From Thermoplasmata archaeon (GTDB lineage: Archaea; Thermoplasmatota; Thermoplasmata; GCA-020350865), in NCBI GenBank assembly GCA_020348445.1, contig CP070751.1, forward strand, positions 2,273,153 to 2,337,152: a stretch of 64,000 nt of DNA, given 5' to 3'. This document shows, in pieces, positions 44,755 through 54,016 of this stretch. Under the pieces are notes generated by a model that saw only the letters and a program-made list of their open reading frames with translations, was not told the origin of the DNA and did no database searches. How positions within the stretch are numbered: position 1 is the first letter of the stretch; every line of letters begins with the position of its first letter. The translations under genes and the position numbers were made by a program.

Positions 44755-47700
44755 ATGTTAACGCATTTTTCAACAAATCTCAATACCAAAGTGTCCGCTA
44801 TCTTTTGTAGAAAATTTTACATGAAAAGTTTTAAAAAAAAGGAGTATAAGCCCCTAGAAAGTTACAGTTCAAAAGCAACACTTATTCTTACTTTTTTAAT
44901 TTTAACATCGGCTTTTTCAGTGAGAATAGGAACTTCTGCATCTACACCATCGGGTATACGACTTTCATGGACCCAGAATGCCACCAACTCCACAATTGCA
45001 ATCCTTTGGGAGACAGACAGTGCAGGCAACCCCAACGAGGTTCAGTACGGTCTCACTTCATCCTGTGAGATCGGCACGACATCTGGCTTCAGCTTTGCAG
45101 ATTCATGGGGAGTCTATTATACACATCAGGTTGAACTTACAAGCCTCTCTCCAGACACGAAATATTTCTACAAGGTTTCGGGTGACAGTGGAGAATGGAG
45201 CTCAGTATATAACTTCACAACAGCCCCTGATTCATCAATCAACTGGACCTTCTTGGTTGCAGGTGATTCCAGGAGCAATTATGGTGATTGGGACAGTGTG
45301 GTTCAGGCCATGGCTGTGAACACAGAGGCACGTTTGCTCTTCTTCGGAGGCGACATAATAAGCGACTTCGATACCCAAAGTCAGTGGTATGAATGGATGA
45401 TCCCGGCCGAACCCCTTGTCTCTCATGTGCCTTTTATTTCATGTAAGGGCAATCACGAGGACGACTCAACCGGAGATCCTTGGGACAATTATCTCAACAC
45501 TTTCGCATTTCCCGGAAATGAAGATTACTTCTCTTTTGATTATGGAAATGCACATTTCATAGTGCTGAACTCGGAGGACACCACCAATTCCTCACAATTG
45601 TCATGGCTGGAAAGCGATCTTCAGGCCGCTTCATCGGACCCGTCGGACCCCTGGATATTTGTCACTTTCCATAAACCTCCTTATAGTTCGGGAGGACACG
45701 GTTCGGATCAGGACACCAGGGACAATTTCGTTCCCCTTTTCAGGGATTACGATGTTGATATTGTATTTTCGGGGCACAATCATTTCTATCAGAGAACCTA
45801 TCCACTTAACTGCTCGAATATTGACTTTCCAGTCATTTCCGATTATGTGAAGAATTTCTACTATTATCCCGACCCATTATTTGTAATAGCAGGAAGGGCA
45901 GGGGCTGGATCAAGGGAACCGAATAACGACCCAGGCTGGTTCGTTGAAGAAACCATGACCTCTGAACTTCACTACATGAAGATCGATGTTTATACCAATG
46001 GAAGCGTTCATGCCACTGCAAGATACACCGACAATACCATATTCGATGACTTCTGGATAATAAAACACGGCACAGCTCCTCCTCGCACTCCACCCCCTCA
46101 ACCTCCTGAACAGATTCATATCGCCACAACAGGTGATACTACTGAAATGGTTGTAACGTGGGTGACCCGGGGCTCAACCCCAAATTCCACAGTTGAATAC
46201 GGGACGTCTTCGGGATTATACGATTATTCAACCCATGGAAGCAACCATACATACACTGATGGTGGTTGGGTCGGGCAGATCCATGATGTGGTTCTCACAG
46301 GACTTTTACCTGACACAGAGTATTTCTACAGGGTTGGTGATGAATCACTTGGATGGAGTTCGGAATTTAACTTCACAACTCCTCCTGATTATCATAAAAA
46401 TGTATCATTTGCAGCCTATGCTGACCATGGTCAGAGTTCCAATGCTCAAGCCACAACTGCCAATATCATAGCAGATTCATCAATTGATCTCATTGTTCAT
46501 GCTGGTGATCTTTCCTATGCAAACGGCAACCAGCCTGAATGGGACATCTGGTTCAATCAGATAGAGGAGAACGTTGCAAGAAAACCCTACATGATAGTAG
46601 CAGGCAATCATGAATTAGTTTATGATATAAATGCAACTCTTGCGCGATTTAATATGCCCTATTTACAATCAGGATCAGATTCAGAATTTTATTACAGCTT
46701 CAATTACTCCATGATTCATTTTGTAGCAATATGTTCTGATGTTGATTACTCTATAGGCAGTGAGCAATATAACTGGTTGGTTGATGATTTAGCAGCAGCA
46801 GATTCAGATAGAGTTGTTCATCCTTGGATTATAGCATTTTCACATCGACCAATGTACAGCTCCAATACCCAACATGGGAGTGATTTATCTTTTAGAAGTG
46901 ACATAGAACCGTTGCTTGATTTATACAGTGTGGATCTCGCAATTTGGGGACATGATCATGCATATGAGAGAACGTATCCAACATATCAGGAGATACCATC
47001 AGATACTGATCCGAGACTCTATATCAGCCCCATAGATACGATCCATATGGTGGCAGGTATGGGGGGTGCCCAGCTTTACACCGGCTGGAATAACCCCCAA
47101 CCAGATTGGTCGACTTATCGGGAGGCTGATTGGGGTTATGTTAGAGTTACAGTGGATACGGATGGAAATCTTCATTCTGAATTCATCCGCAACGTTGATG
47201 GTAAGGTCCGTGATGAATTCTGGATAGTAAAGGAAGGAGTTATCCCTCCCTTGCCTCCAATCACCGAGGATATCACATTGATACCAAGAGGTGCTAATTG
47301 GCGCTACAATGAAACAGATCCTCAACCTGTAACAAGTCCGAACTGGAACCAGTCAGGTTACGATGATAGTGGATGGCTAACAGGGGATGCTCCCTTTGGA
47401 TTTGGTGAATCCGTAACGTATGGAACCGAACTCAATGATAATGATGGAAGCTACTACTTCAGAAAGACTTTTGAAATCGAATCGGTGGATGATTTCGTAT
47501 CCTTGACCCTGTATGTAGCCTCGGATAACGATGCCATGGTCTATCTTAACGGAATTTTAGTGGATGATGATTCAGGGGCCAATCATGAATTCGAATACTG
47601 GAACCGAGCAGTGGAAATCCCTCTTAGTGCTCTTCAGGAAGGTACCAACATCATCGCCGCCTTTGTTTATAACACCGCCGGATCATCAGATGCATACTTT

Positions 47701-48933
47701 GATCTGAAACTGGAAGGCGAGGTTATTACAGATGATGGAACCACTTTAACTCTACAGCCAGGCTGGAACTTGATTTCCCTTCCCTATATTCAGTACATTG
47801 CCGATGTAGACACTGTCTTCTCCTCCATATCAGGATCATATGACTCAGTTCAATGTTATGATGCATTCGACAAAAGCGATCCCTGGAAACATGACAATAT
47901 CCATAAACCATCCAATTTAAATGATCTCAAGATAGCCAATCATACCAAGGGGATCTGGATACATATCACTGATTCAGTGGAAGTGCCTTTCGATGTCCCG
48001 GGTCATCGGGCCACTGAGGACCAGACAGTTGCACTATATCCCGGGTGGAACCTGGTCGGTTATCCTTCCTTAATCAGCTGTAATAGAACCGAGGGCCTAA
48101 ACAATACACTATTTGGAACCCATGTAAACAAGATTATATGGTACAATTCATCCACTGGAAAATGGCATAGCATGGGTGAGAACGATTATTTCGAGGTTGG
48201 AAGAGGTTACTATATCCACGCTTTAACATACCATGTATGGAAAATGAAATATGCACATATTCCACGTATACGCATTTCCGTTCCTGCATACTTCTCCCCT
48301 GGACCATTATGGGATCAGGCAATCTCTGACGCTCCAGCAACAGCTATCATGATCATGAATCCATCAAACGGTCCCGGCTCTTCATTTGATCAAACCATTG
48401 CCGATACAGTGGCCCAGGCACAGGATAAGGGAATAAAGGTCCTTGGCTATGTTTATACTCAATACGGTGGCCGGAATTCAGCTGTCGTCAAGGCAGATAT
48501 CGACAACTACACCGCTTGGTATAGTGTGGACGGTATATTCGAGGATGAGGTATCCAATGATGCAGTTGATTTAGCCTATTATCAAGACTTGGCAAATTAC
48601 ATCAGATCTGGTTCAGGCTCCTTCATCATGCTCAATCCCGGAACAGTTCCCGATGAACAGTACATGGATGTGGGGGATGTCGTGGTGGTCTTCGAAGGAA
48701 CTTACGCCAGTTACGCAGGTGCGAGTTTTCCGTCATGGCTCGATAACTATCCCCGCACACGATTTTCGCACCTCGTCTATGATACCGCCCTCGCAGATTT
48801 TCAAGATGCTTGGTCATTGGCTTTGAACCATACAGTGGGCTATGCCTATATAACAGACGACGTTGCACCCAATCCATGGGATACTCTCCCGAGTTATTGG
48901 GACCTGGAGGTTGATGCTAGCAATAATTCCTGA
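44755..48933 (+). CDS. Exported multi-enzyme: two Fn3 + purple-acid-phosphatase-like domains, jelly-roll domain, twin-GWN domain and spherulation-specific family 4 (GH135-like) domain
   Basis: PAP1 AGDSR/GGDII/GNHE/GHNH; PAP2 ADHG/AGDLSY/GNHE/GHDH; YYFRKTF...SDNDAMVYLNG jelly roll; GWNLISLP; VPAYFSPG...NPSNGPG...VLGYVYT...VDGIFEDE. Start 44755 or 44821. Confidence 0.85.
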   Translation: MLTHFSTNLNTKVSAIFCRKFYMKSFKKKEYKPLESYSSKATLILTFLILTSAFSVRIGTSASTPSGIRLSWTQNATNSTIAILWETDSAGNPNEVQYGLTSSCEIGTTSGFSFADSWGVYYTHQVELTSLSPDTKYFYKVSGDSGEWSSVYNFTTAPDSSINWTFLVAGDSRSNYGDWDSVVQAMAVNTEARLLFFGGDIISDFDTQSQWYEWMIPAEPLVSHVPFISCKGNHEDDSTGDPWDNYLNTFAFPGNEDYFSFDYGNAHFIVLNSEDTTNSSQLSWLESDLQAASSDPSDPWIFVTFHKPPYSSGGHGSDQDTRDNFVPLFRDYDVDIVFSGHNHFYQRTYPLNCSNIDFPVISDYVKNFYYYPDPLFVIAGRAGAGSREPNNDPGWFVEETMTSELHYMKIDVYTNGSVHATARYTDNTIFDDFWIIKHGTAPPRTPPPQPPEQIHIATTGDTTEMVVTWVTRGSTPNSTVEYGTSSGLYDYSTHGSNHTYTDGGWVGQIHDVVLTGLLPDTEYFYRVGDESLGWSSEFNFTTPPDYHKNVSFAAYADHGQSSNAQATTANIIADSSIDLIVHAGDLSYANGNQPEWDIWFNQIEENVARKPYMIVAGNHELVYDINATLARFNMPYLQSGSDSEFYYSFNYSMIHFVAICSDVDYSIGSEQYNWLVDDLAAADSDRVVHPWIIAFSHRPMYSSNTQHGSDLSFRSDIEPLLDLYSVDLAIWGHDHAYERTYPTYQEIPSDTDPRLYISPIDTIHMVAGMGGAQLYTGWNNPQPDWSTYREADWGYVRVTVDTDGNLHSEFIRNVDGKVRDEFWIVKEGVIPPLPPITEDITLIPRGANWRYNETDPQPVTSPNWNQSGYDDSGWLTGDAPFGFGESVTYGTELNDNDGSYYFRKTFEIESVDDFVSLTLYVASDNDAMVYLNGILVDDDSGANHEFEYWNRAVEIPLSALQEGTNIIAAFVYNTAGSSDAYFDLKLEGEVITDDGTTLTLQPGWNLISLPYIQYIADVDTVFSSISGSYDSVQCYDAFDKSDPWKHDNIHKPSNLNDLKIANHTKGIWIHITDSVEVPFDVPGHRATEDQTVALYPGWNLVGYPSLISCNRTEGLNNTLFGTHVNKIIWYNSSTGKWHSMGENDYFEVGRGYYIHALTYHVWKMKYAHIPRIRISVPAYFSPGPLWDQAISDAPATAIMIMNPSNGPGSSFDQTIADTVAQAQDKGIKVLGYVYTQYGGRNSAVVKADIDNYTAWYSVDGIFEDEVSNDAVDLAYYQDLANYIRSGSGSFIMLNPGTVPDEQYMDVGDVVVVFEGTYASYAGASFPSWLDNYPRTRFSHLVYDTALADFQDAWSLALNHTVGYAYITDDVAPNPWDTLPSYWDLEVDASNNS

Positions 48934-49058
48934 GGTGTGGTGTTATGTTTACCTCAACAAAACCACGTGATAGGATGGATTTTCTTATATCTCGTAATGA
49001 TAATAGGAACATAAGATATATAAACAGATTTTGTAATATTTTTATATCTATGGGGATT

Positions 49059-51440
49059 ATGGTAAGGCGATCTTTGAAATTTCAAATAGTATGCATAATC
49101 GTGTTGTTAATGATTACTTCGGAAGTTCCACTGAGAGTGGAAACAGTCGCAGCCGAACCACCGCTGCAGCTGGAGCATGGGGAGGGAAATTTCACCTATG
49201 AAGACGATGGCGGGAATATCGACAAGCCAGTAAGGGTATTCTATATATATCCGGAGACCTTCGATACCACCGATGATCCCAGGATCGTGTTCGTTCTCCA
49301 TGGCTATTATCGGGATGCGGAGAAGAGGGTGCGAGGGTACCGCCCCTACCCCCACCTGTACGATGCTCTATTCCTTTTTCCAGAGTTCACAACCGACGAC
49401 TGGCCCGATTCGCAGCACTACCACGAGGGGAATGTCCTGGCGGACAACGGTACCATGAATCCCAGGGCCGATTGGAGCTACAGCACCATTTTGGAGATAT
49501 TTTACCAGGTGGTAGCCTCCGTTCCAAATCCTCCCGATACATTCGACATACAGGGGCACTCCGCAGGGGCTTATGTCGCACACAGGATGGCATTCCTTAT
49601 GGATGAGGCTCCCTTCGGTCACATCGTTGTGGCAAATGCTGGCTGTTATCTCCTTCCGACCTATGATGAACCTTACCCTGACGGCATTGCGGACATGGAT
49701 ATCTCAACCGCTGACCTTGCCCTCGCCTTTTCCAGAGACCTGACCCTCACCCTGGGAACCTTGGACAATGACCCAGATGCACCTCTTCTGAGCCATACAG
49801 AGTGGGCTGAAGCCCAGGGGCCCCATCGCTTTGCCCGGGGGCACTATTTCTATAATTATTGCAAAAATCTGGCCGCGAACCTCAGTCTGCCATTCAGGTG
49901 GAAGCTGGTAGAGGTCGAGGGTGTCGGTCATAGCCCTAACGCTATGGCTCCGTCTGCGATTGAGGCCATCTTCGGAAGCCATTCAAGGAACTTCACCCCA
50001 CTGGATGACGCTCACATAAAGTATAATAATAACAACTATGGCGATGAACCGGTGATACAGGTGGATGCGGACTTCGGGATGAGGGCTTTTCTGAAATTCG
50101 ATCTCACATCTCTTGCGGACGTCCAGATCAAGTTCGCAGCCCTGCGGCTCAATGTCACCGACTCCAGCGAGGGAATACAGTTTGTGCACTTTGTACCGGA
50201 CAACAACTGGAGCGAGGACACACTCACAAATGATACCAAACCTGATTTTGCCGAGCAGGTATCCACCGGATATGGTGGCATCGAATATATCACCACGGTC
50301 ATGCGCCTCACGGAGTTCGTCCGGACCCATCAAGGAGATGTGGTGTCGTTGTACATGGAGACAAACTCCTCTGATGGATTCTATTTCTCATCCAAGGAGG
50401 CGGGTCATGCACCCGAGATTCTGATATGGGAGGTGGAGGAACCGCCACAAACCGAAACATTCACACTTATTCAAGCAGGTGATGGCTGGTCCTACAGTGA
50501 GGTTGATCCCCAACCTGATCCAGACTGGAACGTGCCTCTATTCAATGATAGTGCATGGTCAAGTGGACCAGCGCCTTTTGGATTCGGGGATCCCATAACC
50601 TACGGAACCGTTCTCAATGATAATGATGGAAGTTACTACTTCCGAAAGACCTTTTATATAGATCCTGGTGTTGAATACGAAAACCTAACAGTCTATGTGG
50701 CCTCGAACAACTATGCCATGGTCTATCTGAACGGCATCCTGGTGGACGATGACTCAGGTGCCAATCACGAATTCGAATACTGGAACAGGGTGGTGACCAT
50801 TCCCGGAGATTACCTTCTTAAAGGGACCAATACCATTGCCGCTTATGTATACAACAACGTAAGCTCACTGAATGTGTTTTTCGATCTTAGGTTAGACGGC
50901 GAGATCATTGTAAATCATCGGCCTACCATTACCCTTCATCCCGGATGGAACCTGATATCACTTCCCTGTGTTCAAATTAACGCAGATATTGATACAGTTT
51001 TCTCCTCAATTTCGGGATCGTACAATGCGATCCAATGTTATGATGTTCTGGACGCGGAAGATCCCTGGAAACATTACCACATTGATAAACCATCTCATTT
51101 GAATGACCTTCATGAGGTCCATAATGATATGGGAATCTGGATACACATCACTGATTCTGAGGATGTTCTTTTTGAGGTCCCTGGGATTCTACCAACCGAG
51201 GGACAAACAGTCACCCTAAAACCTGGCTGGAATCTTGTTGGTTATCCAAGGTTGACAAATTCAACTAGAACTGAAGGTCTCAATAACACAGTGTTCGGAA
51301 CCCATATCAACATGATAATGCGTTTCGATACGACTTCCGGTAATTGGGGGAACGTAGCTGTGGACGATATTTTCGAGGTGGGAAGGGGATACTGGGTCCA
51401 TTCTCTGACCTCTCATGTATGGAAATTGAAACTTGATTAA
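49059..51440 (+). CDS. Exported alpha/beta-hydrolase with DNRLRE/CBM96-like domain, jelly-roll domain and twin-GWN domain
   Basis: Signal peptide from ATG 49059; FVLHG, nucleophile elbow GHSAG, VANAGCY, EVEGVGHS; DDAHI...NYG...RAFLKFDLTSL; tail collinear with the equivalent part of 44755..48933. Confidence 0.8.
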   Translation: MVRRSLKFQIVCIIVLLMITSEVPLRVETVAAEPPLQLEHGEGNFTYEDDGGNIDKPVRVFYIYPETFDTTDDPRIVFVLHGYYRDAEKRVRGYRPYPHLYDALFLFPEFTTDDWPDSQHYHEGNVLADNGTMNPRADWSYSTILEIFYQVVASVPNPPDTFDIQGHSAGAYVAHRMAFLMDEAPFGHIVVANAGCYLLPTYDEPYPDGIADMDISTADLALAFSRDLTLTLGTLDNDPDAPLLSHTEWAEAQGPHRFARGHYFYNYCKNLAANLSLPFRWKLVEVEGVGHSPNAMAPSAIEAIFGSHSRNFTPLDDAHIKYNNNNYGDEPVIQVDADFGMRAFLKFDLTSLADVQIKFAALRLNVTDSSEGIQFVHFVPDNNWSEDTLTNDTKPDFAEQVSTGYGGIEYITTVMRLTEFVRTHQGDVVSLYMETNSSDGFYFSSKEAGHAPEILIWEVEEPPQTETFTLIQAGDGWSYSEVDPQPDPDWNVPLFNDSAWSSGPAPFGFGDPITYGTVLNDNDGSYYFRKTFYIDPGVEYENLTVYVASNNYAMVYLNGILVDDDSGANHEFEYWNRVVTIPGDYLLKGTNTIAAYVYNNVSSLNVFFDLRLDGEIIVNHRPTITLHPGWNLISLPCVQINADIDTVFSSISGSYNAIQCYDVLDAEDPWKHYHIDKPSHLNDLHEVHNDMGIWIHITDSEDVLFEVPGILPTEGQTVTLKPGWNLVGYPRLTNSTRTEGLNNTVFGTHINMIMRFDTTSGNWGNVAVDDIFEVGRGYWVHSLTSHVWKLKLD

Positions 51441-51585
51441 TCCCATCTCAGTCACCTTTTCGTGGGACAAACTAAATATAATATATTCATTTATAAATTC
51501 TTAGAAATTAATTAGCTTGAAAGGGAACTAAAATATAGATGATTTGATTTATACAAAAAAAGAATAAGGGAAATAGTAAGGGCCA

Positions 51586-52791
51586 GTGAATAAAATGGAA
51601 ATGGAACATTTTGTACCACTAACAAAAGCGGAGCTGGTAAATGAACTTGAATCAGAATTACCCACGGAGATTCAACCTCGGTTCCGTCAATTCGCCAACT
51701 TACTTTCCTCCACAATTCATAATGATTTTCATAAAAACCTGGAAGATCTAAAGGAATCGTACAGGCCCTTTGATCCCGATCCCGATGTTCCCATAAGAAA
51801 TCCTGTGAAGGATCCCGATGACACTCAATTTATGAAACGCCTTGATTATCTTCTTAAGAAGGCCAACTTTAAGAAGTTGGGTGAAAAAGAACTCAACCAC
51901 GCACTTACCACTCACTCGCTATATTCAAGAAGTGTGGATGTGAACCTATCAGAACTTGATGAATGGGCACTTTATCACCGTGGCCTTTCAAGAAGGATTC
52001 ATAAAATAAAAAGCTGGAAAACCCTCTTTCGACAGCGGAGGCTCGAGGTGGAAAGCTATGATCGTCTGGTTCTTGCCATCAGGTTCACACCCGGTTTTAT
52101 TGCCAGCTCTGAAGAGCGGCGCAATGCCCTGGATTCGGATCATATCTATATCAAGTACTTTAGGAATGTTCCCCTAAATGACCTCGAGATGGTGTTTCCA
52201 AACACCAGCTACCACATGTCCATTTGGGACAAAATAAAGGTTGCAGTGCCCACACTGGGTGCAGCAGTTCTGGCTGCGGGAAGGGTGCTGCCTGTGATTT
52301 TAGCAGTGGCAGGAGGCGTTGCGGGGGCATCCATGGGCGGCCTTGAAATGGCAGCAGTTGGAGGTGCACTTGGTGCCCTTATCGGAATCGCCTTTCGGGC
52401 GTACATCAACTACAAGAACGCACGCATCACTTATATGCAGGCCCTGACCGAGGGATTGTACTTCAAAATACTGGATAGCAATGCAGGTGTTTTCCACCGC
52501 CTTTTGGATGCTGCAGAAGAGGAGGAGGTAAAGGAGGCACTTTTGGCGCAGCATTTTCTAAGGGCAGCTCCTTTAAGTGAATCAGAACTTGATGGTGCTG
52601 TTGAGGGATGGTTCAAAAAGAAAAAAATTCCCTTTGATTTCGAGGTTGATGACGGACTTGCCAAGCTCTATCGTCTGGGGCTGGCCAGAGAGGACAAGGG
52701 AAAATGGAGTGTTATTGATTTGAAGGATGCAATAATTCATTTGGACGAAAAGTGGGATGCTTTATTCAATCCTACAACTGATTTAAAGTGA
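51586..52791 (+). CDS. DUF3754 / TMEM143-family membrane protein
   Basis: LKESYRPFDPD, LKKANF, IYIKYFRNVPLNDLEMVFPN, LYFKILDSNAGVFHRLLDAAEEEEVKEALLA, FDFEVDDGLAKL. Confidence 0.8.
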   Translation: MNKMEMEHFVPLTKAELVNELESELPTEIQPRFRQFANLLSSTIHNDFHKNLEDLKESYRPFDPDPDVPIRNPVKDPDDTQFMKRLDYLLKKANFKKLGEKELNHALTTHSLYSRSVDVNLSELDEWALYHRGLSRRIHKIKSWKTLFRQRRLEVESYDRLVLAIRFTPGFIASSEERRNALDSDHIYIKYFRNVPLNDLEMVFPNTSYHMSIWDKIKVAVPTLGAAVLAAGRVLPVILAVAGGVAGASMGGLEMAAVGGALGALIGIAFRAYINYKNARITYMQALTEGLYFKILDSNAGVFHRLLDAAEEEEVKEALLAQHFLRAAPLSESELDGAVEGWFKKKKIPFDFEVDDGLAKLYRLGLAREDKGKWSVIDLKDAIIHLDEKWDALFNPTTDLK

Positions 52792-52862
52792 TTTGAAGTT
52801 CATGTAAAAATAACTCCGTTGGCATAAGCCTAATACCGTTAAGTATAGATACCAAAGATGAA

Positions 52863-53558
52863 TTGCATACTAAGATAGAAGGAGGTGGAAATATTTCGAA
52901 AGATAACAAGATTAAGATCACCAAAGACGGTCCCTATATTGTTAAAAACGCAATCCCCCTCATGAAAATGAAAATTGTAGTAAATTCAGAGGGAGATGGA
53001 ATTGACTGGAAGATTGGGAAAAAATACCCCTTACAAAAAAACATTGCCCTCTGCAGATGTGGAGAGTCCCGCAACAAGCCATATTGTGATGGGACCCATG
53101 AGAAAATCGATTTTGATGGAACTGAAACCGCAGACAAAAGCCCCTATCTCGACCTGGCCTTGGTGTATGATGGTCCAACCTTGAAGTTGACTGATGTGGA
53201 GGAGATATGTGCAGCCTCACGGTTTTGCGCACCTGAGGGAGGAACATGGGAGCTCACAGAACGCTCAGATGATCCCAAGGCTAGGAAACTTGCGATCCAA
53301 CAAACTGCAAACTGTCCGTCCGGCCGCCTTGCGATTTGGGAAAATGAGACCGGCGAGGAAATCGAGCCTGAATTGAAGCCCTCCCTAGGATTGGTTGAAG
53401 ATCCTCATAAAAATGCCAGTGGACCGATCTGTGTGCGGGGGAAAGTTCCCATCGAATCTGCTGACGGTTTCACATACGAGATTCGCAACCGCGTTACCCT
53501 GTGCAGATGCGGCAAGTCATCCAATAAACCGTTTTGCGATGCTAGCCATCTCGATTGA
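52863..53558 (+). CDS. CDGSH iron-sulfur protein (two CDGSH motifs flanking a divergent 4Fe-4S-like domain)
   Basis: LCRCGESRNKPYCDGTH, CAASRFC...CPSGRL, LCRCGKSSNKPFCDASH. Start codon uncertain. Confidence 0.9.
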   Translation: MHTKIEGGGNISKDNKIKITKDGPYIVKNAIPLMKMKIVVNSEGDGIDWKIGKKYPLQKNIALCRCGESRNKPYCDGTHEKIDFDGTETADKSPYLDLALVYDGPTLKLTDVEEICAASRFCAPEGGTWELTERSDDPKARKLAIQQTANCPSGRLAIWENETGEEIEPELKPSLGLVEDPHKNASGPICVRGKVPIESADGFTYEIRNRVTLCRCGKSSNKPFCDASHLD

Positions 53559-54016
53559 TAGCTAATGATGGGAGTCTTTTTTGACTTGTGATGAGTGAGG
53601 TGGTTGAGGAAACTAAAGATGGGAGGGGATCGAGGTATGAGGATGGATATCTAAAGATGGGTCCAAATGGGGCTTGGTTCTTAAATATATTCCATATACC
53701 ATTGGTCACGGGACATCCCTGGGCAATCCCGCAGAAGGCATATTTTTACATTCTCCCATCTTTAAATCAAGGATTATAGAATATAATTAAAAGTTAAAAA
53801 TATTATCAATTTATTACAAAAAAATATTAACAATTCGAAAGAAATAAATATCCAGAATTCATTTACGATTTTTATTGGAGGGAGACTAAGGAGTAGGTGG
53901 AATAAGATAACCGAGGACTTGAATTTATCGAAGTCATGAACTAATTTCAATCGTCTTTTTATCTTTTTTCACTTTCCTTTTGTTGAACCTTTAAATAAAT
54001 CAGGAGGGAGTAAGAT

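Noticed and set aside
53588-53779. 63-aa plus-strand ORF
   Set aside because: Lies in a purine-rich intergenic tract with a GTG start and no RBS or motif; likely a chance ORF.
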